64,000 nucleotides of DNA, from the NCBI RefSeq assembly GCF_018977255.1, contig NW_024704742.1, forward strand, positions 31,746,001-31,810,000. Reading direction: 5' to 3'. Below the pieces are notes generated by a model, which saw only the letters and a program-made list of their open reading frames with translations, did not search any database and had not been told where the DNA came from. The first letter of the stretch is position 1. Each line of letters begins with the position of its first letter. Shown here piece by piece: positions 41,685 through 53,902 of the stretch. The position numbers and the translations under genes are program-made. The DNA comes from Callorhinchus milii. Taxonomy: Eukaryota.

Positions 41685-42172
41685 AAATAATTTAGTCACT
41701 CTGTCCACCACTGTTTGTGGGACACTGCTGTGTGCAATTGTCTGCCGAGTTTCGATCACAAAATACACAGTCAATCCATTTTACAATATATTCTGTGAAG
41801 CGCTTTGAGATGTTTCAACGATGTGACAATAATAATGACAATAATCCTTGTATTTGATACAGTGCCTTATCACATTTTCTAGATGTCTCAAAGCACTTCA
41901 CAGAATATACTGTAAAGTGAATTGACTGTTATATTTTGTGGGCAAAACATGACAGCCAATTGCGTACAGCAGTGTCCCAATAATTTTGTAGGAATTATTA
42001 CCCCCGGTAAAGCAATCCGCCAATTGACTAACAACCCGGTTCCTACTGACTGCTAGGTGAACAAAGGTGTGTGGAGTAAGGAAACTTGCTCAACATTTCG
42101 TTCTGCCAGGAATTGAGCTCTGGGCTTCTGGCTTGCGGGGCAAGTGCTCTAATCACTGAGCTACAGGACTCC
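41685..42172. mobile_element. Tail-to-tail pair of family B SINEs (+ 3' fragment 41685-41828; - full copy 41829-42172)
   Basis: Shared body and tail sequences in opposite orientation. Confidence 0.8.
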
Positions 42173-44499
42173 TTTTAGATTTTAAGTTTAATAATAATCC
42201 TTGCATTTGATACATTCCCTTATCAAGTTGTCTCAAAGCGCTTCACAGGATATACTATCAAGTGAATTGTATGTGTATTTTGCTTTTCCTTTCATAAGGT
42301 ATCCTATTGAACCATTTCACAACTTTTTTTTCATACAAAACCTAACCTTTAAACCTTTTCTTCCATGCTTATTTCTTATTTTGAAACAAGACTTTCAAAA
42401 ATAACTTTTGCCTGATTTAAGCAATTAAGTAGCAACTCAACATGATCTGCTTTCTAAATTATTGTTTTGCGGTGCTATATGTCCGAAATGAATCAGTGGC
42501 AAGCTCTTTTGAAGTAAATAATTTCTTTGGAAACATTCTTTTTTTTTTGCATTCCTAAAATATTGCACACAAGCAAAGAAAATGAACTTCAAACCATGTA
42601 CACTCAAGACCACCCATTTCAATAGGCGGAATCCTTAATGAAACTGGCTTCCGAATAAAATGAGAGCAGAAAGAATTGGAAATTATTTTTTCCAGTTTAA
42701 ATCATGTTAACCAACACCACATGGAAAAAGGGCTTCTTTTGCTGGTCCGTTAAGATATATTTGAGTTTTTCTTTACAATTTTTTTCACATAACATCCGCT
42801 TAATTACACCGCAGTCGTTCGAAGGCTATTTTCCAATAATTCAATCAATAAGGGTGACCACTTCAATGAAAGCAACAGTGATAATCATCATCAATCTTTC
42901 TTACATTCATTTTAAAAGTACTGTACGTCAAAAGCCTTTATTTTACCTTTTTTCAAATTACTTTGGATTATTCTCCACAGATTTTGTTCCTTCAAGTATC
43001 AGTAAGACTGCGTTGTTTTCTTGCTTAAGAAAGATGATGGTGGTGCCTCTTACCCTTCGAAGCATCTATGGCGGCCAGCTCGACTGGTCAGGGAGGCTTG
43101 AGGAGAGCAGTGACAGGAAAAATAGTAACATCCAACATCGCTTCATGCAGGAACCCATTCAACTCGGGGCAAACAGTTCTTCATTGACATCATCCATCTG
43201 CACTGTTTATAGAGCAACTTTTTTCTTTTTCTTTAACTATTGCTTTCCATCATATTGCCATGTGACAATTTAGCTCACTATCTTTACACAAGGTTACTCT
43301 AGTAAAGTTTTTGAAAAATGTTTTATTCCTTATTTGTGCTGTTCACTGCCTATTCCGGTGCAGGCAGGTAGCCAGGGTACTTGTTCTGACCATTGCTAGG
43401 TTTCTGTCTGAGTAGAAGCATCTCTAACATTGCAGCGTGCCCCCAGCACTGCATTAGAGTGTCAGCATAGACTATGTGCTGTCCAAGTCCCAACATGGCG
43501 ATTGATCTAACTCAGAGGTTTCTTAAAGGGGAGTGAGACAACTGATGGTTCATTCAGCTTCACACATCCCACTGCTCTGGGGGAGCGCTGTGACTCTGTA
43601 GGGTGCTGTAGGGTGCATCATCCTTGCCACAAAGTGATGAGACACATTTTTAAAAGTGGCAGACAAATTAATGTAACAAGTTACTTTAGGAAAAGAGTAA
43701 TCTACAGTCAGCATTACACGGTCTTAATGCCGATCCTGTTCATAACCATCAATGCTTTGCCACAATCCATTTCAGCTGAATAACGAAAATTCATAACACA
43801 TGGTTGAGTGAACCTCAACATCTACTGCTCCTATAACTCAAAACAGAATTCACAAAGAGTATTTTGTAATAACTGACTGGAAGCTACGCACATCCAACAT
43901 ACAGTTAGGATTTTATTGCTCCCTCATGTAGCCTTGACTCAGAATATATTTAATCAAATTTCTTTCAGTCCCAATAATATTCCACATTTATTTATTTTGT
44001 GCCTTTTGAGTTTTATTTTAGGATCCATTCATAAATTTTTTAAAAAATCATAGGATAATGTGTCCATTTGATCAATGCGATGGGATGTTTAGGGGTGTCA
44101 GGAAGACTCGTTGGGGTCTACACTACTCACGGTCTTTATTTAAAGACGGTCAAAGAAGCAAGTGAAACGGTATAATTGGCAAGTACAGTATTATAAAGAG
44201 ATGCAGTAACGAAAGTGTTAGGGAAAGAAAGAGCGTGCAATTTTATAGCGTCTTTGTCATCAATTTACAATAATCTGACTTCTCTTTATCTATGACCCCT
44301 CAATTGGCCTTCTGTTGGTTACCACGAATTTCAGTTGCACCCATCTTCTCTCCTTCTGATCTTTTTCTTACGACAAGCATTGTCTTCAACCTCCACAAAA
44401 TAAAAATGGAAATCACCAGTCACACTCGCTGCTTTTCCAAGTAATGGATAAGCTTTTAATTCCAAATGCTTTATGATTATTATAAATGTAGGTAATGAT

Positions 44500-44895
44500 C
44501 ATAATAATAATTCTTGCATTCCATTTAGCACCTTATCACATCGTCAAGATGTCTGAAATGCCATCACTGTGTTTTGTGACAACTGTGGCAGCTAATTTGC
44601 ATGTAGCAATGTCCCATATATAGCCAGGAAATGGATGACCAATTTTATTCAGGGGATTGTCAACCAGAACACTGGAAAACATTTCTTTCTCTTTTTGAAT
44701 AGTGCTATGGAATTTTTATCATCCACCTGAACAGGCAGATGGGAACGTCAGGTTAATGTCTCACCTGAAGCACACTCCCAGCATTGCACTGGAGTGTCTG
44801 CTTAGACTATATGAGTTCCAAGTCCCAAAGTGGGAACTGAACCCACAATCTCTGAATCAAAGGTGAAAGTGTTAACAACTGAGCCAGGCTGACAC
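44500..44895 (-). mobile_element. DeuSINE-like element (family A), near full length
   Basis: Tail, reverse Deu core, head ending CTGAGCCAGGCTGACAC. Confidence 0.75.
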
Positions 44896-45194
44896 ACAGC
44901 AAGATATGTAGGGTTCCCTCACAAAAACATCCACAACTAATTGAGTGACAGCATTTCACGTCATGTTAACTGACTTGAAGATATTCGACGCCTGGGATTA
45001 TTTAGTATAAAGGCTGTTTTGTTACCTGGTGATCAAGCCTCTAAAGCACCAATGTTTGCAATGCCACTGTGTCTTCTAATCCTTCATGTTGAGGAAGGAA
45101 TTCACATTGCAACCTGTACCAGTGGTCAGCATAACAAACAGCCTTTGTTGCTATCTAGTACCTGTCTGAGGAGTGAGGTGGAAAAATGGAGGAT

Positions 45195-45680
45195 GGAGTC
45201 CTCTAGTGCAGTGGTTAGAGCACTCACCTCACAAGCGAGAGGACCTGGGTTTGATTCCCGGGTGGGGCAAAACTTTAAGCAAGTTTCCTTACTCCACTTG
45301 CCATTGTTTACCCAGCAGTAAATAGGAACCCGGTTGTTAGTCTATTGGCAGATCATTTTCCGGGGATAATAATCCCTGCAAAAAAATATATAATAACTTA
45401 GTCACTCAATCCACAACTGTTTGTGGGACACTCCTGTCTGCAATTGGCTGCCGCATTTCGCCCACCAAATATGCAATCAATTCGCTTTACAGTATATTCT
45501 GTGAAGAGCTTTGAGACATCTCAACGATGCGATAAATAATAATAATCCTTACTTTTGATATAGTGCCTTATCACGTCTTTGAGATGTCTCAAAGCGCTTC
45601 ACAGAATATAATGTAAAGTAAAGTGACTGTATATTTTGTGGGTGAAATGCTATATCAAATGCAAGGATTATTATTATCAT
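45195..45680 (+). mobile_element. Family B SINE (long form) with an inverted SINE tail fragment (~45535-45650) inserted in its tail
   Basis: Head at 45195; tail broken at GATAA and resumed at GCTATATCAAATGCAAGG. Confidence 0.85.
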
Positions 45681-47297
45681 AATAACATTTTTCAATCCGG
45701 ACGATGGTTGAATGGCAAAGACATACTGCTGTAGTTACTACAGAAAGCAATAGTGTCATTGTGTACATTTCATTCTGAATGACGTTGCACCAATGATCAT
45801 ATAATAAGAATTATACTTTGTTGATAGTTTACATTGAGTAATTCTTTATGTAATACAATATTATACTTTATTCTGGTTTGCTGAATGGTTTGACAAATGT
45901 GCTTTTTTATAGATAAACTTAACCTGGACGCAACATCCTGCAGAGCTGCTTTTCTGTTGAAGACTTCTTTTCCTCTAACACCTAGAATAACTCAATATAT
46001 ATGCATATTATTCTTTCTGCACTATCCTATCACCTCAATCCATGACTGTCTGTGCGACACTGCTGTGCGTACTTTGCTGCTGCGTTTCGCTCACAAAATG
46101 CAGTCATTACACTTTACAGTGTGTCCTGTGAAGTGCTTTGAGACGTCTCGAAGATGTGATGAGGCACTATATCAAATGAAAGGATTATTACTATTCCAAT
46201 GCCCCCTACTTGCCAACCTGTCCAGCTCCTCTCCACATAAAAGTCTGCAATCAGTCTATCCCAGTGCCATGTTTATGTGAAGCAAGTTAGTGAAATTCAA
46301 GGCATGCCATTATTTTCCACTGTTGAGACCTCAATCTCATTCTTAATCTCTTTTACAATTATTTGTGTGTGGAATTTACACACAGCAGCAAGCATTGTGA
46401 TACCACGTTATAAATGCTTTCCTCAACTGTGGAATAAACCTTCACTATTCTACATTGTACAGTGTTCGGCTATTCCCATATCTCCACCACTCACCTTTTC
46501 CCAGTTCCTTCCCACAGATCACATTTCCTAAGCCTCAGCGATTATTGAAAATGTCAAATCCCATTCCTAACCAGATATAGGAAATCCAGCTGTGTCTTGA
46601 AGGGACATCTGAAAGTGATTAAAAGGTAATAAAATGAACAAGGGGGTTATAAAGTGTAAAATCAAAGCTTCGACGGATTGAAACCACTCCAGAGAATCCA
46701 TTATTTTACATGGTTTGTTGGGAACTTCATATGTTTTGCTCTGATTTGGCTGTTATTCAATCGCATACAGGAGTCCATGCTTGCCACCTCTCTTAATGTG
46801 TGACCATATCTACAATGACTGTAAAAATAATCAGTGAAAGAAATTACTGCTGATACAGCCAGTCTCGGTAAGAAACATTTCATTGCAGTTGAAGCACATG
46901 AGACAAACTCATCTGTGTTTCAAGTGAACAATGGTTGACCTCTCGCAAGCTATGATTTGATCACATGGACTTATGTTATGGTCGAATGTCATGATATCAA
47001 GAACACGTCCCATTCACTGGGGACCTCACATCTGGAGCACTGCATGCTGCCGCTGAAGCCCTCAGCCATGCTTTCATCACTTCAGGCATAGATTTTTCCA
47101 TTGCTCCCCTTTCCAGCCTCCACAGTTCTACTGTCCAGAAGCTTCAGCTGATCCAGAAACCTGCAGCACAGTTTTTCTCGCACACAAGCTGCCTAAAGAT
47201 TACTGTGCTGAGATTACTGTGCTGCCAACATTGTCATCTTCAGCTCAGTGGTTAAAGGTCAATACACAATTGACTAATCAAAGGTTTCCCCTCTATT

Positions 47298-47542
47298 GCG
47301 AAACCTTGGGCAAGTTTCCTTACTCCACACGCCTAATAATAATCCCTCCAAAAAACCAAAAACAATAATTAAATTGGTCATTTTCAATCTACGACTGTTT
47401 GTGGGACATTGCTGTGCGCAATTGGCTGCCGCGTTCGCCCACAAATATACAGTCAATTCACTTTACAGTGTGTTCTGTGAAGCGCTTTGGGACGTCCTCC
47501 TGACGTGAAAAGCGCTATATCAAATGCAAGGATTATTATTAT
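47298..47542 (+). mobile_element. Family B young SINE, 5'-truncated
   Basis: Near-identical reverse complement of 47569-47820. Confidence 0.9.
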
Positions 47543-47568
47543 AAGGATTATTAGGATTATTATTGTTT

Positions 47569-47890
47569 AATAATAATAATAATAATCCTTGCATTTGATA
47601 TAGCGCTTTTCACGTCGGGAGGACGTCCCAAAGCGCTTCACAGAACACACTGTAAAGTGAATTGACTGTATATTTGTGGGCGAAACGCGGCAGCCAATTG
47701 CGCACAGCAATGTCCCACAAACAGTCGTAGATTGAAAATGACCAATTTTTATTATTGTTTGGGGTTTTGGAGGGATTATTATTAGGCGTGTGGAGTAAGG
47801 AAACTTGCCCAAGGTTTCGCCCTGCCTGGAATTGAACTCAGATCTCTCGCTTGCAAAGCGAGTGCTCTAACCACTGAGCTACAGGACTCC
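47569..47890 (-). mobile_element. Family B young SINE, full length
   Basis: Intact A and B boxes, (ATT)n tail; nearly identical to 13535-13853. Confidence 0.9.
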
Positions 47891-48291
47891 ACAAATGAGT
47901 ATTTGGCCACACTATGTGTCACTTGAGCCTTTTTAATTTTCTTTTGTGAAGAAGACTTTTCTCTTTCGTTAGGTAACCCCCAAGCTTATAGGAGTAAGAC
48001 TCACTCAAACTGTCTTTTATTTATTTTGTCAAGACTTAGGTCATCATTTCTCTTCACTGGCGGCAACCAAAACTTGACAAGATTGGACCGAATTTCAGTC
48101 AACGCTGCATTCATTAATCCCCAGCCACAAAAAATTGAAAGGCAATGGAGCACATTTCAACATCAAAACCTTGTGCCTGAGCCAAGGCTGCTTCATCACT
48201 CTCCTCTTACCTCCACACCAGCCCACATCTTCACTTGTGTATGTTTCTGATCAACTTGTTCCATGCGCAAACGCCCTTTATAGTAAGATTA

Positions 48292-48656
48292 TTATAATAA
48301 TCCTTGCATTTGACATAGGGCCTTATCACATCATTGAGAAATCTCAAAGCATTTCATACAATATACTGTAAAATACATTGACTTTGTATTTGTGTGGGCG
48401 AAACTTGGTAGCCAATTCCAGCAGAGTCCCACAAACAGTCATGGATTGTGGGATCAAATTATTTTTTTTAGAACAGATTATTACCCTGGGAAAAGTAATC
48501 CACAAATCGATAAACAACCAGGTTTCTACTTACTGCTAGGTAAACAGAGGCATGCAAAGAAAGGAAATTTGCCTAAGGTTTCGCCCTGCCCGGGAATTTA
48601 ACCTGGGTCCTCTTGCTTGCGAGGCGAGTGCTCTCACCACTATGTTACAGGACTCC
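48292..48656 (-). mobile_element. Family B SINE (long form)
   Basis: Tail, body and tRNA-like head in order. Confidence 0.85.
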
Positions 48657-48888
48657 ACATCATAAGCTTGTGGAGCTGATTGAAATTCTCCTCTGTTATT
48701 GTACTGTTTTTGATTTCTGATGATCACAAAATCCAAACGCATGAGTGATAGATAGATCTTGGATGTAATGTTGTGTTTTATAAACTCTGGTATCAGTCCA
48801 CTTATTGTATCTTGCAGTGCCTAAACAGTAGAAGGGAGTTTGCATAGTGAATACAAATGCTACCTCAGGTATTAGAGTTAGTCTAAAG

Positions 48889-49060
48889 GCAAAATACTGC
48901 AGATCCTGGAAATCTGAAATAAAAATAGAAGTTGCTGGGAGCACTCAGCAGGTCAGGCAGGCAGAGAGAGGAGAGTGAGTTAACGTTCTGATGAAAGGTC
49001 ATCAACCTGAAACATTATCTCACTTTCCTCTCTCTCCATAGATGCTGCCTGACCTGCTCA
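48889..49060. mobile_element. Short palindromic Penelope-like non-autonomous element
   Basis: Inverted arms AGCAGGTCAGGCAG (48947-48960) / CTGCCTGACCTGCT (49045-49058) and 48964-48987 / 49011-49034; resembles recalled chondrichthyan Penelope-derived palindromes. Confidence 0.7.
48985..49019 (+). ncRNA. Degenerate minimal type-I hammerhead ribozyme motif
   Basis: CTGATGA (48988-48994), extra A, stem AGGT/ACCT with loop CATCA, GAAA (49009-49012), then C-A-T-T. Confidence 0.55.
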
Positions 49061-50229
49061 TGAGAATTAACCTTTTGCTCTGCTGTTCAAAAAAGAATAA
49101 AATATATGAACTTTCATGAAGAAAATGTTTTTAGGCCCACTTAGCCTATCCCTCAAACCCATCTTCGCAAATATGTCTAGCTAAGACTTGAACCCATTTA
49201 TGCTGTCTATTTAAATTGTCTTCCCACCTTTTATTATCCATTGTGTGGCAAGCTACTAATTTTCTTACCCCTAACATCCTATTTTTCAACCTGTCTCCTG
49301 GTATATGAACTCTCTGCCATAGAAAACAATTTACATTCACCAACTTTGTCAAAACCCCTTTATTATTGTCAAAATTTTCAATTGGGTCACTTTGAAGTCA
49401 TAACTTTCTTCAATTGGAGCTGACAAGAAAGTAGGAAAAGCAGCTTTCTGTAACATGAGTAGTGTGTAGCTGGGAGTAAGCAGAGCTGGGGAACAGTAAA
49501 TGGACTGTTCGACTATGTACCTGCTTCGTTTACTGTACACGGTTACAGTTGTTTAATGTTTTCATTTGGCATATGGATTTATTCTATAAAGGATCAAGAA
49601 CCACATCCGTGCTTGGTAGAGCCAATCTGTGTTGGAAAATAGTAATACTATCTGCCATTCTTGCTTTATATTGCTAACAGTCAAATATTAAACATCCGGA
49701 ATGTACAGCCAGCATCATTTAGGAGGTTTAACACCTGCAATTTACAAGGTAAAGTAATATCAGTTTTCAATGGCTTAATGGGCTGAAAAGGAACCCTTTG
49801 TCCTATTGGAAGCTACTGTACAATAATATTGTTACAATCGTAAACAATAATTTGTGAGTGTTTCAGCAATATAGAAATAACACCAGCAATAAACAACAGG
49901 TCCTAACACCTACTCTTCGAGCTTCACTGAAACAAGAAAACTGAGACCTCTTTCCTTTCAAGGCTTGAGAAAGGCTTCTACTGAGAGAAGTAAATTTCCT
50001 CCTTTCATATCAACTTTAGCTAAGTGCCGGGAGCTGGTGATTCCTGATTGTCTGACACAATTAAATGGTTAATTGTGAGAGCTGAGAGAAAAATAAACTT
50101 GAATCCTTAATAACTTTTGTAACATCTATAGTTCTATTGTACGATTTAAACATTTGGTTTAATTGCCATCACGTATTGTAACTAGAGGCAATGGACACCT
50201 TGTCTAGCCTGCTTCAGTTTTGGGACACG

Positions 50230-50595
50230 ATCCAAGCCTTTAAAGTCATGAGAAGCATAGATAAAGTAGATGTAAGCAGGCTATTTAACTTAGACCGTGA
50301 GAGCCGAACAAGAGGGCATAGGTTTCAAATTCATACTGCCTCAAGCAGGAGTGAAGCTTAGAAGTTTTTTCCCCACACAGAATGGTGGACATGTGCAGGA
50401 CAGGTTTCAAAGGTGGAGATATAGGCATTGAAGAATATTCGGGTGGGGTGGGGGCTTCAATTGATTGCCTTTGGGGTTCAAGGATTCTGTGCAGAGTTCT
50501 CTCCACGAGATCGAATGAAATTTAAGTAAGTTTTGCCTAATCCGTGGAAGGAGGAGACTTGATGGGCCAAATGACCCGTCCCATTCCATTCTTTC
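50230..50595 (+). mobile_element. Decayed CR1 3' fragment
   Basis: FKVM..IDKVD-like coding remnant and GATGGGCCAAATG 3' UTR motif. Confidence 0.55.
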
Positions 50596-50754
50596 TTATA
50601 CTGTTACCAACTTGGTTCATCAGAAACATATGGACTCTTTGAAGTTGGAATATCTTTGTCAGTGGATCTTGTCATGAACCTTGTAATAAGGGTATGAATC
50701 ATACATTGTAATGAACTCATCAAATATCTGACTCATATTTAAAAACATGATTTA

Positions 50755-51185
50755 ATAATGAATAATCCTTAGATTTGGTATAGAACCTTATCACGTCAGG
50801 AGGATATCTTAAAACACTTCACAGGATTCAATGTAAAGTGTAGGAATTGCATTTGGGAGCAAATAGTCAATTTGCGCACAGCAAATGTCCCACATACTGT
50901 GTGAAGTGAATGACTTATTGGGGGGATTGTTGGCTAGGAGACCGGGAGAACCTCTCTTCACCTTTCAAATAGTCGCTTGAGATTTTTGACATCCAGCTGA
51001 ACAGGCAGACGGGACTTCTTGTAAACATATCATCCAGAGGACGGCATCTCTGATAATGCAGCACACCTTCAGCCCTGCACTGGAGTGTCAGCATGGACTA
51101 GATGGGTTCCATCTCCCGTTGTGGGGCTTGAACCCACAGTCTTCTAACTCAGAGATGAGAGTGCTATCAACTAAGCCAAACTGAT
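50755..51185 (-). mobile_element. DeuSINE-like element (family A), full length
   Basis: Tail, reverse Deu core, tRNA-like head. Confidence 0.8.
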
Positions 51186-52029
51186 GTGAATTATAGTGTG
51201 TGCAATTTCTATTTGTATTTGAGAAATGGCAGCTGAGCTGTATGTTGCTACCTCCTCATTATTAGATCTCAGCTGCTCTTGTTATGTGTTCACTGTGCTC
51301 TAATTTCTCAACAAATTTCAAGGTAATATTCTCCTTTGATGTACCGGTACTATTCTGTGCTATTTTCAGCTGCAATGCTATATTTTTTTTGATTCATAAA
51401 TGTTAAAGTGTATTTTCCACCTTTTTTTTCTTCAACCTTTGAAGCAGTCGTTGAATGCCCTATATGATGAATTGTTTTCAGCTTCAGAACGGTTATCAAC
51501 TTTTTTAATGGAATTGAGCAGTTAAAGGGATTAAACAAACAAACAGAGCCTTGTTAAATCTGCTGTTTGGTATGGCGCCTTTGCTGTATACAATATATCA
51601 GTCTAGATATATGCAAGTTATAAAACGTAATTGAAGGGAATAAATTCTTCTCTAAGTGTTAGGAGATGTTGCCATCTCTTGAAGTCAAATTCCGTGATGT
51701 TGATTAGATAATTTATGTAGAATTACATAATAATCTTCATATTTTTGCATTTGACATAGCATCTAATCATGTCATTGAGACATCCTTTACATACTGTAAA
51801 GTGGAGTGACAGTTCATTTTGTGGGCAAATAAATAGAATGATTTGGCACCGCAAAAAGCCATTTGTCCCAACCAGTCAGCGCTGGTGTTTATACTCCACA
51901 CAGGCCTCCCCAACCCCCTCATGTTATCCTTTCTTATACCTCTCTGTTCCTTTCTCCCTTTTGTATTCATTTCATTTCTTCCTCATGTATACTGAAGAAC
52001 ATAAACTTAGGAAGGAAGGTTATTAACTA

Positions 52030-53902
52030 GGGAATTAATAGGAATTAAAGAAATAAGAGGGGCAAAGAGACTGTATGAGAAAAGATTAACGGATAACATA
52101 AAAGAGAACCCTAAGGTGTTTTATTAGCATATAAGGAATAAAAGGTTAGTCAAAGGTAGGGTGGGTCAATTTAGGGATCAAAGAGGAAATCTTCTTGTGG
52201 AGGCAGAGGGCATGGCTGCCATATTGAATGAGTACTTTGCATCTTAGTCTTCACAAAAGAAGAGGATGCAGCTAATGCCACAGTATTGGAGGAGAGGGTA
52301 GAGAAATTGGATAAGAATTAACTGAGAGGAGGTACTAAAAAGGTTGTTGGTCCGCAAGGTAGATAAGTCACCCGGTCCAAGCGGGATGCATCCTAGGTTA
52401 TTGAGAGAAGTAAGGATGGAAATAATAGAGGCTCTGGCCACAATCTTTCAATCATCCTTGGACACCGGGGTGGTGCCAGAAGACTGGAGGGTTGCAAATG
52501 TACAAAAAGGAGCAGAAGGATAAACCCGGGAACTACAGGCCAATCAGCCTAATGTCAGGAATGGGGAAACTTCTAGAGAGTATAATCCGGGACAAAATAA
52601 ATTTTCACTTAGAAAAATATGGGTTAATAAAGGGCAGCCAACACGGAGTTGTTAAAAGCAAATCATGTCTAACAAACCTGATAGAGTTTTTTGATGAAGT
52701 AACGGAGAGGGTGGATGAAGGTAGTGCAAGTAGTTTATATGGATTTCCAAAAGTGTTTGATAAAGTGCCAAATAAGATACTTGTAAGCAAAATAGAAGAC
52801 AACGGTATTAAAGAGACAGTGGCAGCATGGATACCGAACTGGCTAGGAGACAGAAAACAGAAAGTGGTGGTGATCGGTTGTTTTGCTGACTGGAAGGAAA
52901 TGTGCAATGGTGTTCACCCAGGGGTTGGTATTGGGACCACTGCTGTTTTTAATCTATATAAATGACATGGACTTGGCTTTGGGGAGTACAGTTAGATGAT
53001 ACTAAGCTAGGAAAAGAAGTAAACGGTGAGGATGATAGCAGCAGACTGCAAACGGACATAGACAGACTGGTAAAATGGGCAGACACGTGGCAGATGAAGT
53101 TTAACTTGGAGAAATGCAAAGTGATACATTTCACAAGGAAGACTGAGGAGAGGCAATATAAGGTAGATGGTAGAATCTTAAAGGGGGTGAAGGAACAGAA
53201 AGACCTGGGGGTTCATACAAGTAAATCTTTGAAGGTGGCAGAACAGGTAGATAAAGCTGTTAAAAAAGCATACAGGATACTAGGCTTTATAAATAGGGGC
53301 ATAGAATACAAAAGTCAAGAAGTTATGATGAACCTTTATAAAACACTGGTTAGGCCTCAGCTAGAGTACTGTGTTCAGTTCTGGGTTCCCACACTTTAGG
53401 AACGATGTCAAGGCATTGGAGAGGGTGCAAAGCAGATTTACCAGGATGGTACCAGGAATGAGGGACTTCAGTCATCAGAAACTAGGATTATTCTCCTTGG
53501 AGCAGAAAAAGTTACGAGGAGACTTAATAGAAGTTTTCAAAATTATGAGGGGATTCGATAAGGTGGACAAGGAGAAACTATCTCCACTGGCGGGTGGGTC
53601 GGTAACCCGAGGGCACCGATTTAAAATAGTTGTTAAAAGAAACCGAGGGGAGGTGAGAAGAAATGTTTTCACACAGCGAGTTTTTCGGATCTGCAATGCA
53701 TTGCCTGAAAAGGTGGTGGAAACCGATTCGATAACAACTTTTAAGAGAAAAGTAGATAATTATTTTGGGAAGACAAGTTTGCAGTGCTATGGAGAGAGCG
53801 CGGGGGAGTGGGATTGAATTGGATAGCTCTTTTAAACGAGCCGCAGAAACGTGATGGGCTGAATGTTCTCCTTCTGTGCTGCATAATTCTATGATTCTAT
53901 GA
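52030..53902 (+). mobile_element. CR1 LINE, 5'-truncated (~1.9 kb), frameshifted ORF2 RT domain with 3' tail
   Basis: KENPKVFY, PGNYRPISL, QHG..KSCLTNLIEFF, FDKVP, DDTKLG, LVRPQLEYCVQFW, RGDLIEVFK, TRGHRFK; tail (ATTCTATG)n near 53886-53901. Confidence 0.93.

Noticed and set aside
42704..43273. 189-aa ORF, the longest in the track
   Set aside because: Low-complexity F/S/I-rich translation of AT-rich DNA with no recognisable domain or convincing splice context.
47197..47224. Tandem 14-mer AGATTACTGTGCTG x2 (similar micro-duplications near 25439 and 41572)
   Set aside because: Ordinary slippage-type duplication with no further structure.
50600..50625. Minus-strand CTGATGA followed by a small stem (second hammerhead?)
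   Set aside because: The stem is followed by AAC rather than GAAA, and there is no Penelope-like context.
52492..53817. Possible active or domesticated reverse transcriptase
   Set aside because: Split over several frames with stops, the FADD motif is damaged, and there is no endonuclease domain. It is a dead 5'-truncated CR1.
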